From positions 15,834 to 79,833 of IMG/VR virus record IMGVR_UViG_3300015263_000719: 64,000 bases of DNA; one strand, given 5' to 3'. The DNA is from a virus. A program made the translations under genes and the position numbers. This document shows, piece after piece, positions 11,424 to 20,906 of the stretch; the stretch's first letter is position 1; each line of letters starts with the position of its first letter. Below the pieces are notes generated by a model, which made no database searches, was not told the DNA's origin, and saw only the letters and a list, made by a program, of their open reading frames with translations.

Positions 11424-14400
11424 TTAATGTTTTGATACAAATGTTCTACTATTAATGATGTCCAGAATAATCTTTATATCATCAGTATTCTCTTTTGTAA
11501 AATATAATCTGACAAGATGATATTTATCTTTCATATCAGCTAAATTGTATTCAGATTTATTATAGTCTATATTATCTGTAAATGTAACACAATCAATATA
11601 TCCTTGTCTTTCTGAATCTGACAGGTTAAACTGATCAGCCAATTCATCAAAGTTTGATGTAATAGAAGGTTGATCTATTGATAAATCTCTGATAGCTGAT
11701 ACTTTATAATCCTTTTCAGTAAGGATAACATCTTTTTCTGTATTGGACCAACCTATCCTGTTACCATGAGGGTTAACCTCTTTATCAAGATATATAAGCT
11801 TTTGATCACCTGTAGATTGATTGCTATTATAAATTAGCATTTTATCAAATGTTTTATTAGCAACATCAATCCATCTCTTATTATTTACATCCCAGACTTT
11901 TGATCTGGAATACCAATGAAGAGCATGCAGATCATCTGTAGGTAAATTATTGATTGTATAGTCAACTATAAAATCATATTTATCTCCATAGTAAGTTGTA
12001 AAGTTTCTATCTACATGTTTCCAAGCCTGATTATCAAAATTAAAGCTGAAGAAAGTATCTCCATTATTCATCATAACAGATGGTTGATAACTATGATAAC
12101 TAATCCAGGCTTGTACTAAATAACTATAACTTATTGTCCAGGATTCATTTGTAAAATACTTTGGATCACCAAGAGGTACAAAAGTTTCAAGACCTGTTTC
12201 AGATACATTTATCCATGTATTTCTTGCTGGAAGATAATAGAATCCAGCTCTGTTCATTCCATTAGTATTATATTCTCCATTGAACTTTTTTGGTAAGAAA
12301 TCAGTTTTATGAAGTATATATCTTTTATATCTTGGATCAAAAGTTGCATCTATACCTAATCCATTAATAGTAGTTGTACTATCTGGACAAGTATGTTCTA
12401 TTTTCCATTCATCAAGTAAACATAAAAGTTTACTTGGTAACTCTTCTTTGAACCAATTGACAAGACCTCTGTTAAGAGGTTGTAGACCATTGGCAGTATA
12501 ATTAAATACTTCACCACTTTGTTGATCAACATAAGTCCAACCATACTCTGAAAGTACAGCATTAAATCTTCCCTGATTACCACCATACCCCCAATCAACT
12601 TTAATATATTCCTGTTCTGGAATAGCTAAGAAATCACCAATACCTGTATAAACAGTATCTTCATCTGCCTGTAAGGTTCTTGCATTTGGAGTTATAAAGA
12701 ATGAGGAATTTTCAGTAACAACCAACATTCTGTTTCTGTCATATTTTACATTAGTTATTTCACCAGCATGTGTTCCTATTGTAATTCTATCTAAAGGTTT
12801 AAAAATTCTCATAGCATCAGCTAATTCTTCATCAAAAGCTTTTGCTGACCATATAGCTGTATTAGGTTCTCTATCATTACAATCATCACAATAATCATAA
12901 TTCTGACCAAGACTTATATAATTATTTTCACCAAATGCTTTTAAAAGATTATAATCTGGATTGTACCAATATAATTCTGGTAAGAGTATATCTCTTATCT
13001 TGTATCCTTTATCATTATTCTGACTATCTGAACAATCCTTATCATCATCTTCACATATAGTTACATATTTATTTTTGTAGTATCTCTCAAGATCAGCTAT
13101 GTAATCTGTTCCTGATCTGAAGTCACTAAACTTTTTAGTTAATTCTCCTTCTCCTGTATGTCTCAAATCAAAGTTAACTGTTGATTCAGAATAAACTGTA
13201 TCAAGCAATTCAGATATAAATAATACTGAACCATCTCCAAACAAAGGAGCATCAGATGCTTTAATGAATGGATCAATTGTACACTCTGCATATCTACCTT
13301 CAATGTTTTCAGCAATAACTGAAGCTGTTGTTACAGCAGTTATTCCAACTGCAGCAATGATTATTGCTGCTACTGCAATAGAACCACCATAAGTTACCAC
13401 TGCAAGAACTGCTGATATTACAATTCCTATTATTGCCCATATAGAATTTGTTTGAGAAGGATCAACATCTGATAACCATGATCTGATTAAATCAAGATAG
13501 TTAATAAATGTATCTCCACCAAATACTTCAAATGTTCCTGAACTGCCAAAGAAAGGACAGCTATGTGTTCTGTAATAAATTAAACTATCAAGATTACAAT
13601 ATACTTCAGCATCTCTTTTTAAATAGGTATATTGTAATTCAAATAAGTTTCTATCAGGAACTTCAGAAGTTTTTATATAATTTATCTTATTGTCCCATAA
13701 CAGATTTACTACTTCTTTATCACCAACTGTTTTTGATAGTGCAGATACAATTTTATTTTGTTCTATATCAATCTTATGAGGATTGATATCAATAATAGAA
13801 TCTCCTCTATATATTCTGTTTCCTATAAATAAATCATCTCCTCCATACTTTCTTGCAGCTTCATTATATATATTATCACTACTTGTTTGATGAGCAGTAT
13901 TAAATCCTACTTTATGATTTATATAAGCATAATCAGCATTTTGAATTCTACCATTTACTTTAATATCAGGTGAGATAAATTCATTATCCTGAGTTGCATT
14001 ATGATTCATAGATACTACAACTGATCTTTCATCAGTTGAACATGTAGAATGTAAAAATCCTGCAGCAAGTACTGTCTTTGTGAAATCATCTCTATTTACT
14101 CTAACAAAACTATGTCCTATAATATCAGGATGAGGATATGTTACATTGCTGAATAACACACCTAATGGTCTTATTGTATTGGTATCATAATCATAATGTG
14201 GAACTAAATTTCTATCTGGAAGTCTATGATGTCTAATAGGTGTATTGATTAGTTCATTACCACAAGAATCTACTCCCCAAATAGATTTACCTTCACAATC
14301 ATATATAGCAGGATAACAAGCATTAGCACATTCATGATAACCCATTGTACCTCTCATATCACCAGTTATCTGAGCAGTATTTTCATTCTGCCATGCTTCT

Positions 14401-16160
14401 TCTCCATAAAGAAGTTGATCAACATCAACAAGTCCTGATATAGGATTTGGTGTTTGATTACCAAGTCCTCCAAAATTAATTGGTATAACAAAAGAATCTC
14501 CATTTACATTATTAGCATTTGTATTGACAGTTAGGTTTCCTGTTGAGTAATCAATAGTTCCAGAAGGAAATATGAAAGTCATATAACCTCCTTCAGGTTC
14601 AAAAGAACCTGATGGTGTTTCATTAACTGTTCCATGGAAATCAAATTCAAAAGTTGGATTTTGTAATGATATAGGATCAAAATCATAAGTAATCTGAATT
14701 TCTATAGTACCATCAAGATTTACTACTTTTCTTATATTTGTAAACTGATATGCTATTTCTACTTCTTCTGTTCCTGTATATATTGGTTGAGCATCAAATT
14801 CAGTTTTACATTTACCAGGAATATGAAAGGCTGGTGAATCAAATCCTTGTTTAAAATGAAATATTAAACCATAGGCAATAATTTCATCACCCATTTCAGA
14901 CATTCTTTTAAATGTAGTAAGAGGATTTTTAGGATCACCAAGATTACCTGATTGAGCTGCTACTTCTTTCCATACAAATTCTGTATTGATTTGACTAACT
15001 GCTCTTTGAAAGTCTGACCAGTCTGTTATATCTTTGGTTAGATTATATCTAACAAGTCTTCCATCAACTATTTCCATAGCTCTTGAACTAACATATCTGT
15101 CCTTAATGGTAGTTAATTCTGATAATGAACCAAGAGTATCTCCATTTGCAAGATTATATCCTGTAAACAGATATTCAGTTGTATCAGAAGTAATTGGAAT
15201 AAGATCTCCTTTTTGAACTACTTCAGTAGTTACACCATCTCCTGTTCTTGCCACTACAGCATATACTCTTGCATATTTAAATCTGGTATCCAGATTTCCA
15301 ATATGTAAAAGAACTGATTTATTTGTAACCAGTTGACCACCTATCTGTGCAGTAAATTGGGTAGATAAATTATAACCACCATCCATTTCATGCCAGTTAC
15401 CACTATCTGTTTTTTCTCTATCAAAGTTTTCATTATAGATTGTTACTGATTGAGATATTGGACCAAACCCTATTGAGTTCAAATCATCATCAAGAACTTC
15501 AACTGCAAATTTCCATAGACCAAGTTCCATTTGACCACCTGAATTTCTATGCTCTGCATCCATAATACATGGTTGTAGATATTCAGGTTCAAGTTTCATT
15601 TCATTACAATCCCATAAATCATTTTCATTTGCTTCTTTTACTGTATAGTGAACAAGGTTTATTTTTCCAGTAATAGGATCAGCCAGTTCATAAGTTTGAG
15701 TAAATCTTTCCAGATCATCAATGTCAATAAATTTATCATAATTAAGTCCGTCATAAAAGTAAACAGTTCTTGCACATCCTCTTCTGTTTCTATACTTACC
15801 TTTAATCATGTTACACTCATCAAAATCAAGACACCTTGTATCTACAAGATGTTCATATTTACATCCTTTTGAAGCAACACCAATTCCTGATTTCCCTGTA
15901 GTTCTATTTACACTAAAGATAAGTATTTCATCATTACCCATATTAACACCTTTACTTACAGGAATATATCCTTCAGGTAAAGACCAACACTGTTCATTAC
16001 CTGGCTCATTTTGAATTGAACCAGCATCTCCATCAAACTCATCATAAATACCATTGAGAACAAAGTTCACAACTTCTTCACTTTGTTTAATAGGAGCAGT
16101 ATCTCTGTCTAAACCTTTTACCAAGGTGTTAACATTGTTTGTAATATTATCTCTAGTCAT
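11424..16160 (-). CDS. Tail stabilization / muzzle protein (P22 gp10-like, 1578 aa)
   Basis: Size and position after the tail ring gene; motifs GLDRD, SPAFHIPG, PIRHHRLPD, GGDTFI, WTISYS...WISYHSY. Confidence 0.85.
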   Translation of the reverse strand: MTRDNITNNVNTLVKGLDRDTAPIKQSEEVVNFVLNGIYDEFDGDAGSIQNEPGNEQCWSLPEGYIPVSKGVNMGNDEILIFSVNRTTGKSGIGVASKGCKYEHLVDTRCLDFDECNMIKGKYRNRRGCARTVYFYDGLNYDKFIDIDDLERFTQTYELADPITGKINLVHYTVKEANENDLWDCNEMKLEPEYLQPCIMDAEHRNSGGQMELGLWKFAVEVLDDDLNSIGFGPISQSVTIYNENFDREKTDSGNWHEMDGGYNLSTQFTAQIGGQLVTNKSVLLHIGNLDTRFKYARVYAVVARTGDGVTTEVVQKGDLIPITSDTTEYLFTGYNLANGDTLGSLSELTTIKDRYVSSRAMEIVDGRLVRYNLTKDITDWSDFQRAVSQINTEFVWKEVAAQSGNLGDPKNPLTTFKRMSEMGDEIIAYGLIFHFKQGFDSPAFHIPGKCKTEFDAQPIYTGTEEVEIAYQFTNIRKVVNLDGTIEIQITYDFDPISLQNPTFEFDFHGTVNETPSGSFEPEGGYMTFIFPSGTIDYSTGNLTVNTNANNVNGDSFVIPINFGGLGNQTPNPISGLVDVDQLLYGEEAWQNENTAQITGDMRGTMGYHECANACYPAIYDCEGKSIWGVDSCGNELINTPIRHHRLPDRNLVPHYDYDTNTIRPLGVLFSNVTYPHPDIIGHSFVRVNRDDFTKTVLAAGFLHSTCSTDERSVVVSMNHNATQDNEFISPDIKVNGRIQNADYAYINHKVGFNTAHQTSSDNIYNEAARKYGGDDLFIGNRIYRGDSIIDINPHKIDIEQNKIVSALSKTVGDKEVVNLLWDNKINYIKTSEVPDRNLFELQYTYLKRDAEVYCNLDSLIYYRTHSCPFFGSSGTFEVFGGDTFINYLDLIRSWLSDVDPSQTNSIWAIIGIVISAVLAVVTYGGSIAVAAIIIAAVGITAVTTASVIAENIEGRYAECTIDPFIKASDAPLFGDGSVLFISELLDTVYSESTVNFDLRHTGEGELTKKFSDFRSGTDYIADLERYYKNKYVTICEDDDKDCSDSQNNDKGYKIRDILLPELYWYNPDYNLLKAFGENNYISLGQNYDYCDDCNDREPNTAIWSAKAFDEELADAMRIFKPLDRITIGTHAGEITNVKYDRNRMLVVTENSSFFITPNARTLQADEDTVYTGIGDFLAIPEQEYIKVDWGYGGNQGRFNAVLSEYGWTYVDQQSGEVFNYTANGLQPLNRGLVNWFKEELPSKLLCLLDEWKIEHTCPDSTTTINGLGIDATFDPRYKRYILHKTDFLPKKFNGEYNTNGMNRAGFYYLPARNTWINVSETGLETFVPLGDPKYFTNESWTISYSYLVQAWISYHSYQPSVMMNNGDTFFSFNFDNQAWKHVDRNFTTYYGDKYDFIVDYTINNLPTDDLHALHWYSRSKVWDVNNKRWIDVANKTFDKMLIYNSNQSTGDQKLIYLDKEVNPHGNRIGWSNTEKDVILTEKDYKVSAIRDLSIDQPSITSNFDELADQFNLSDSERQGYIDCVTFTDNIDYNKSEYNLADMKDKYHLVRLYFTKENTDDIKIILDIINSRTFVSKH

Positions 16161-17146
16161 TAGTTATAATAATATTTTGTATTCTTGTCACCTATTTTAT
16201 AAGACCAGGTTGCTGGACTTTTTAATATTCTGGATTCATTATACATAATAGAGAAATGATTCTTCATATCAATTCCACTTAACTTCATAATTCCTTTTGC
16301 TTCAAGCATACTGTTTCTGGATAAAGAAATATTTTCTTTGAACATATTCATTGCAAGCTGAGGTTCAACAGTAGTTCTTCTTAACCAGTATTGAGCCATT
16401 CCAAAATGAGCCATGGCTAACCAAAGTTGTTCAGGATGAGAAGGAGCAAGAAAGTTATCACCATCATTTGCTTCCTTTACATATTCAATACAAACTGTTC
16501 CTGAAGATATTTCAGTAAGTAAACACAAATCCTGAGTAATACTAAATTCAGTATAATCATTTCTTGCATATTCCTGATGAATACTGTCATAGCATTTTCT
16601 GGTAAAATAATCTTTATGTGTTCTACCAATATATCTCATTGGTTTCCAGCAATTCTCCCAATAAGGTGTTTGTAAAAATAACTGGTAGTTTAAACTACAG
16701 CACGTATTAGCACTTGAACTAAATGATTTTTCAACTGTTGTAACTTTTGTAGCACCACCTGGAAGTGTTGTTTCTTCAGTAGTAGTTTCAGTAGTAGTTT
16801 CATTGCAGCTTGGACAATCAGTTTCATCATCATCTGCAAGAGCATCTTTATAATTATCATATTTAACACAAGAATTTAGTGAGGATAACTCTTCATCAGT
16901 AGGAGACTTGTATAAAATACTAATTCCTGTGATCTTTTTAAGACCAGCAGGAAGTTGTCCCTTGTGATTTACAATATCTATGAAAGCAAGGTCATGTATA
17001 AATCTGTCATGCATATTAACTGTTCTTAGTTTTTGTAATGCCCATGATTCCCATTGTTGCACATCATCCAATTCTCTTCTGTAAGTATTAGGAATGTAGT
17101 TCATTACATGCCTTAGAGGTTTATATTCTAGTGTTCCTATTTCCAT
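16160..17146 (-). CDS. Tail tubular / ring protein (P22 gp4-like)
   Basis: Synteny directly upstream of the muzzle gene; IVNHKGQLP and SGTVCIEY motifs. Confidence 0.7.
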   Translation of the reverse strand: MEIGTLEYKPLRHVMNYIPNTYRRELDDVQQWESWALQKLRTVNMHDRFIHDLAFIDIVNHKGQLPAGLKKITGISILYKSPTDEELSSLNSCVKYDNYKDALADDDETDCPSCNETTTETTTEETTLPGGATKVTTVEKSFSSSANTCCSLNYQLFLQTPYWENCWKPMRYIGRTHKDYFTRKCYDSIHQEYARNDYTEFSITQDLCLLTEISSGTVCIEYVKEANDGDNFLAPSHPEQLWLAMAHFGMAQYWLRRTTVEPQLAMNMFKENISLSRNSMLEAKGIMKLSGIDMKNHFSIMYNESRILKSPATWSYKIGDKNTKYYYN

Positions 17147-17664
17147 TAGTATTCTATTAATCTATTTATCATTGAAGCATCTTTCATTAAGTTCTTAGAA
17201 ATAAATTTCCAATTATGAGGTGTTAAATCAAATCTCCAATGCCATTTGTATGCAAACTGTTTTCTATCTCTAACCCATTTCAATAAAGGACAATATCCTC
17301 CTGTATGATAGTTATTATGATAGATATATTTTCTATCTTCTTTTTCTACTGTTTTATTGTATTCTCCATATTTTTGTTCAGTGGCGTATAAGTTTATTCT
17401 TCTTCCTTTAGGTTTCCACTTCTTTAAACATAGATCACCAAGAAAATTTGGTATAACAAAACATTTTCCAGATATCAAATATAACATTACATATTTAAAA
17501 TATACCATGATTACATTTTTCCATTCTTTATAAGAAAGAGTATAATCATGTTCAACTATTTCTTTCTTATTAAAATATGGTACTGGTATTGTTGTGCTAT
17601 TTACATCATACCACTTGTAATCATAATTCAAATATAAATCCTTTAATGTAATTCTTTTATTCAT
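17146..17664 (-). CDS. IHF/HU-like protein of the crAss tail block
   Basis: YKEWKNVI...LISGKCFVIPNFLGDLCLKK resembles the HU/IHF fold; conserved position between ring genes. Confidence 0.6.
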   Translation of the reverse strand: MNKRITLKDLYLNYDYKWYDVNSTTIPVPYFNKKEIVEHDYTLSYKEWKNVIMVYFKYVMLYLISGKCFVIPNFLGDLCLKKWKPKGRRINLYATEQKYGEYNKTVEKEDRKYIYHNNYHTGGYCPLLKWVRDRKQFAYKWHWRFDLTPHNWKFISKNLMKDASMINRLIEY

Positions 17665-17666
17665 TC

Positions 17667-18329
17667 TTATTGTCTCAAATCAGGATTGGAATTAGAAGTA
17701 ATGTCTACACCTAATTGTATTGATATACCTAGTTGCTGTGCAGCCATATTATATATATCATATACTTTTCCTCCTTCAAGATCAAAATCTAAATCTCTGA
17801 TATCCAAACATGGATTATCTTCTGAGCAATATTGTATACCTTCCCAATCAAGAAGATTATCCCAATAACCAGTAACCATTACTGCTGGATAAAGAAGATT
17901 GTTCCAAATAATTATTTTTTGATTTCTAATCATATATCCGTGTTTACCACCAAGTATATCATCAGTCTTCACATCTTTAATTTCCTCTTCATTCCTATTG
18001 GGAATAAGAACATCTCCTAATGTATGAATTTTAATATGATCTTTTGTTCTTGATGTTGCTACACCAGGAATAGCATATTTTGATTTCAATACTGTACATC
18101 CAACTGGAACACAATCACAATCATGTGACTTTGTTTTTTCTAACTCTATACAAAAAGTCCTATATTCAAAATCAGATACTTTATCATCTTTACTAAGTGT
18201 CTGATCTCTAAGTTTCATCTTAGCATTGTTAAGAGCTTTATATATATCTTTATCTGTGAATCTTGTACTATCAGTATGTTCACCAGTTACTGTTCTAAAC
18301 TCAGCTATATGATCTTTAATCTTTCCCAT
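17667..18329 (-). CDS. Tail ring / adaptor protein
   Basis: Synteny; FCIELEK...LKSKYAIP, YMIRNQKIII and C-terminal DITSNS pattern. Confidence 0.6.
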   Translation of the reverse strand: MGKIKDHIAEFRTVTGEHTDSTRFTDKDIYKALNNAKMKLRDQTLSKDDKVSDFEYRTFCIELEKTKSHDCDCVPVGCTVLKSKYAIPGVATSRTKDHIKIHTLGDVLIPNRNEEEIKDVKTDDILGGKHGYMIRNQKIIIWNNLLYPAVMVTGYWDNLLDWEGIQYCSEDNPCLDIRDLDFDLEGGKVYDIYNMAAQQLGISIQLGVDITSNSNPDLRQ

Positions 18330-18332
18330 TTA

Positions 18333-18518
18333 TTAATTTGTTTTTAATGTACCTAATACAAGATCTACTGCAAATCTTTCATTTGTTTCTACATCAACTC
18401 TATAAACAACATCTTCAATAGAATGTAATGTTAAACAAAAATCTCCTTTTCCTTTAGAGTAAAACATGAAAGGTTCTGCAACATGCATTCTATCACATAC
18501 AACTTTATACTGTGTCAT
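18333..18518 (-). CDS. Hypothetical protein (61 aa)
   Basis: ATGA overlap with the upstream nuclease gene; fills the gap in the operon. Confidence 0.6.
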   Translation of the reverse strand: MTQYKVVCDRMHVAEPFMFYSKGKGDFCLTLHSIEDVVYRVDVETNERFAVDLVLGTLKTN

Positions 18519-19402
18519 ACAAATAATTTTTCAGGTGATATCTCAGCAAGTTTTATTAATTCATATGTATCATTTTCATGATATATCCAAACTATATAAG
18601 AACTTCCAAACTCAAGATTTGTATTTTTCTCAAGTATGTACTTATACATAGATACCTGTAAACTATATTTATTAAACTCACAATCATCTAAATGATTAAA
18701 AGGAGGATAAAATTTAGAGAATCTATTTGTTCTGTTAATTTTTTTATCAGTCTTGTAATCATATAAATGAAGTAACTTAGTGTTTAGATCGTAAAATATA
18801 GCATCAACTTGTCCTGCATAACCTAACTCACTATCTCCTACAACAAACTCTAATCTAACTGGAATAAGATTAGGATGATCTTTCATAAATTGATCAGCCA
18901 TTCTATAACATTTAGTTACACTCTTTACAAAGTCATCCAAGTCAGATTGAGTCTTTATAAAAGATAAAGAAATATTTGGTTTCAATATCTTTGATCCCCA
19001 TTTGTTTTCAAGATAATAATGTGTTAATGTTCCTCTTGTCCTTCCTATAAGTCCCTCATGTTTCCATTGATTTCTTATAGAACTGGGTGAAGCAGTCAAG
19101 AATAGACTGCTATCACCACTGAGTTCTGTATATAAAAGGAAGGAATCATTAATCATTATGTGATTCTCAGGAACATTTTTGGACTTGTCACTTTTGACAG
19201 TATATCCATTTGCTTGTAAAGCCTTATAAACAGACCAATACTCTGCTTTAAATGGTTCCTGTAATTTCTTCAGTTTAGTAGTAACAGACTCTAATTGAGA
19301 ATCTGTATTAATGTCAATATACTTATGTCCTTGTTCAAAAAACAAAATATTGTTAAACTTATTAAGTTCAACCAATACTGTTTCTAAATACTTTTCCACC
19401 AA
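18515..19402 (-). CDS. PD-(D/E)XK exonuclease
   Basis: GTLTH, E(FVV), AGQVD, DYKT and YSLQVSMY motifs. Confidence 0.85.
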   Translation of the reverse strand: MVEKYLETVLVELNKFNNILFFEQGHKYIDINTDSQLESVTTKLKKLQEPFKAEYWSVYKALQANGYTVKSDKSKNVPENHIMINDSFLLYTELSGDSSLFLTASPSSIRNQWKHEGLIGRTRGTLTHYYLENKWGSKILKPNISLSFIKTQSDLDDFVKSVTKCYRMADQFMKDHPNLIPVRLEFVVGDSELGYAGQVDAIFYDLNTKLLHLYDYKTDKKINRTNRFSKFYPPFNHLDDCEFNKYSLQVSMYKYILEKNTNLEFGSSYIVWIYHENDTYELIKLAEISPEKLFV

Positions 19403-20201
19403 ATACTATTTTATTATTATTAAAGTCAATTTGTATAGCATGAGATTTACCATCTTCATCTAAATAAATAGCTCCAAATCCATTTCTCCATGCCTCCTTT
19501 TGTTGTTTACTCATATAATTAAATACTTTGGCTTCTTTATTTCCCATCCATCCAAGATTCAATACTCTACAATGTGAGTCAGCATAACTATTTTGTCTAT
19601 GTGTATGAACAAATACTGCATTTCTTTTAAGTTCAGTTAAGTGCTTATGAGCTGAATGTTTATTACACCAATGCCCATGTAATATTGTAGTATCTCCAAG
19701 TGTAGCTTCTGCATTTACAGAATCAGTTAATACAGTATAACCTCTTTCTTCAAGAAATAAAGCTTCAGCAGGAGACTTAACAACTTTCTTACCTAACTTA
19801 GCCATATCAACTTCTGCAAGTCTTTGGTCATACCATGCTTCATGATTACCATACAAATATAATTTTTCAATATCAGGATTGATTTGATCTAATCTATCTA
19901 ATATTGTATTACCTGCATCATACTCATCTTCAAGTAACAATCCAGGAATTGTAATCTTTCCTTTATTATGTCTTGATATGCTATGCATATCTAAAAAATC
20001 ACCAATAATAAAATGTCCTTTAAGTAAATCTTCTTTTGTTAAATATTCAAATAGTTGTAAAAAACAACTAAATAAATTAAGATTAATAAAAGGAGCATGC
20101 CAACAACCTGTAATTAAATAATATCCTGGTTCTTTATACTCAGGAGATTTATTATCCCAGCTTGTACTGGAATATTTTATTAGTTTATCTGTTCTTTTCA
20201 T
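19368..20201 (-). CDS. Calcineurin-like metallophosphoesterase
   Basis: GCWH (DxH variant), GDFLD, GNHE, HGH and HTH motifs. Confidence 0.85.
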   Translation of the reverse strand: MKRTDKLIKYSSTSWDNKSPEYKEPGYYLITGCWHAPFINLNLFSCFLQLFEYLTKEDLLKGHFIIGDFLDMHSISRHNKGKITIPGLLLEDEYDAGNTILDRLDQINPDIEKLYLYGNHEAWYDQRLAEVDMAKLGKKVVKSPAEALFLEERGYTVLTDSVNAEATLGDTTILHGHWCNKHSAHKHLTELKRNAVFVHTHRQNSYADSHCRVLNLGWMGNKEAKVFNYMSKQQKEAWRNGFGAIYLDEDGKSHAIQIDFNNNKIVFGGKVFRNSIG

Positions 20202-20254
20202 AAATATTTTTTTAATGATTCCTTATAATTTCCATTGAAGGAAATAATATTGTG

Positions 20255-20285
20255 TAAAGATAATATTAATTTTTAACAATGTCAA
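20255..20285 (-). promoter_or_regulatory. Bacteroidota sigma70-type promoter (variant -7 box) for the phosphoesterase cassette
   Basis: Minus strand TTG-N20-TATCTTTA, one mismatch to TAnnTTTG. Confidence 0.6.
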
Positions 20286-20306
20286 GTATTTTTTCCAAGT
20301 TTCCCT

Positions 20307-20340
20307 AAAAAGAAAAAGGAGAAGGCATTACACCTTCTCC
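20307..20340 (-). terminator. Intrinsic terminator
   Basis: GGAGAAGG/CCTTCTCC stem followed by a T-rich run on the minus strand, after the holin. Confidence 0.85.
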
Positions 20341-20381
20341 CTCAATCATGAAAACTAACCAACTAACTAAACAACTGGATT

Positions 20382-20603
20382 TTATTGTTCACTTGTTTTC
20401 TTTAATATTTTTTCACTACTGCGTGAAATTGCATAAACACCCATATAGCCTCCCATTATACTAAGTATAGTCATTACAGGAGTAGTTTCCACACAAGGAA
20501 ACTTTCCACTTATACATCCAATAAGTACCACTATCATTGTTAATCCAAACAACAAAGTATTAATAGGTCTATGGTAATTTTTAATAGCTTCTAAAATATT
20601 CAT
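20382..20603 (-). CDS. Putative holin
   Basis: 73 aa with two TM helices and GYMGVYAISRSSEK (RSxEK end typical of GTA/3TM-type holins). Confidence 0.65.
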   Translation of the reverse strand: MNILEAIKNYHRPINTLLFGLTMIVVLIGCISGKFPCVETTPVMTILSIMGGYMGVYAISRSSEKILKKTSEQ

Positions 20604-20905
20604 TATCGTAATTGTCTTATAAGTTCATCTAATTTTTTATCTATTTCCTTCATATCTCTTTTGATCTCAGGAAATGCTTCCATTCTGACTTTTATCTCTC
20701 TCACATCTGCCTTTAATAAACCAAGTTCATTTACAGCCTGATCATGCTGAGTAATCTTCTTTTCATTATTTAGTACTCTTGCTTGTAATGTAAAATACAA
20801 ACCAGCAACAGTAATAGAATAAATTATTAAAGAAGTTATTACAGCCCAAAAAGTTTTAATGTTAAGAGTAATAGTCTTTTCAGTAATCATATTATCGTTA
20901 GCCAT
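20603..20905 (-). CDS. Membrane protein with C-terminal coiled coil (holin/antiholin-like)
   Basis: Single N-terminal TM helix then heptad repeats; adjacent to the holin. Confidence 0.5.
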   Translation of the reverse strand: MANDNMITEKTITLNIKTFWAVITSLIIYSITVAGLYFTLQARVLNNEKKITQHDQAVNELGLLKADVREIKVRMEAFPEIKRDMKEIDKKLDELIRQLR

Positions 20906-20906
20906 T

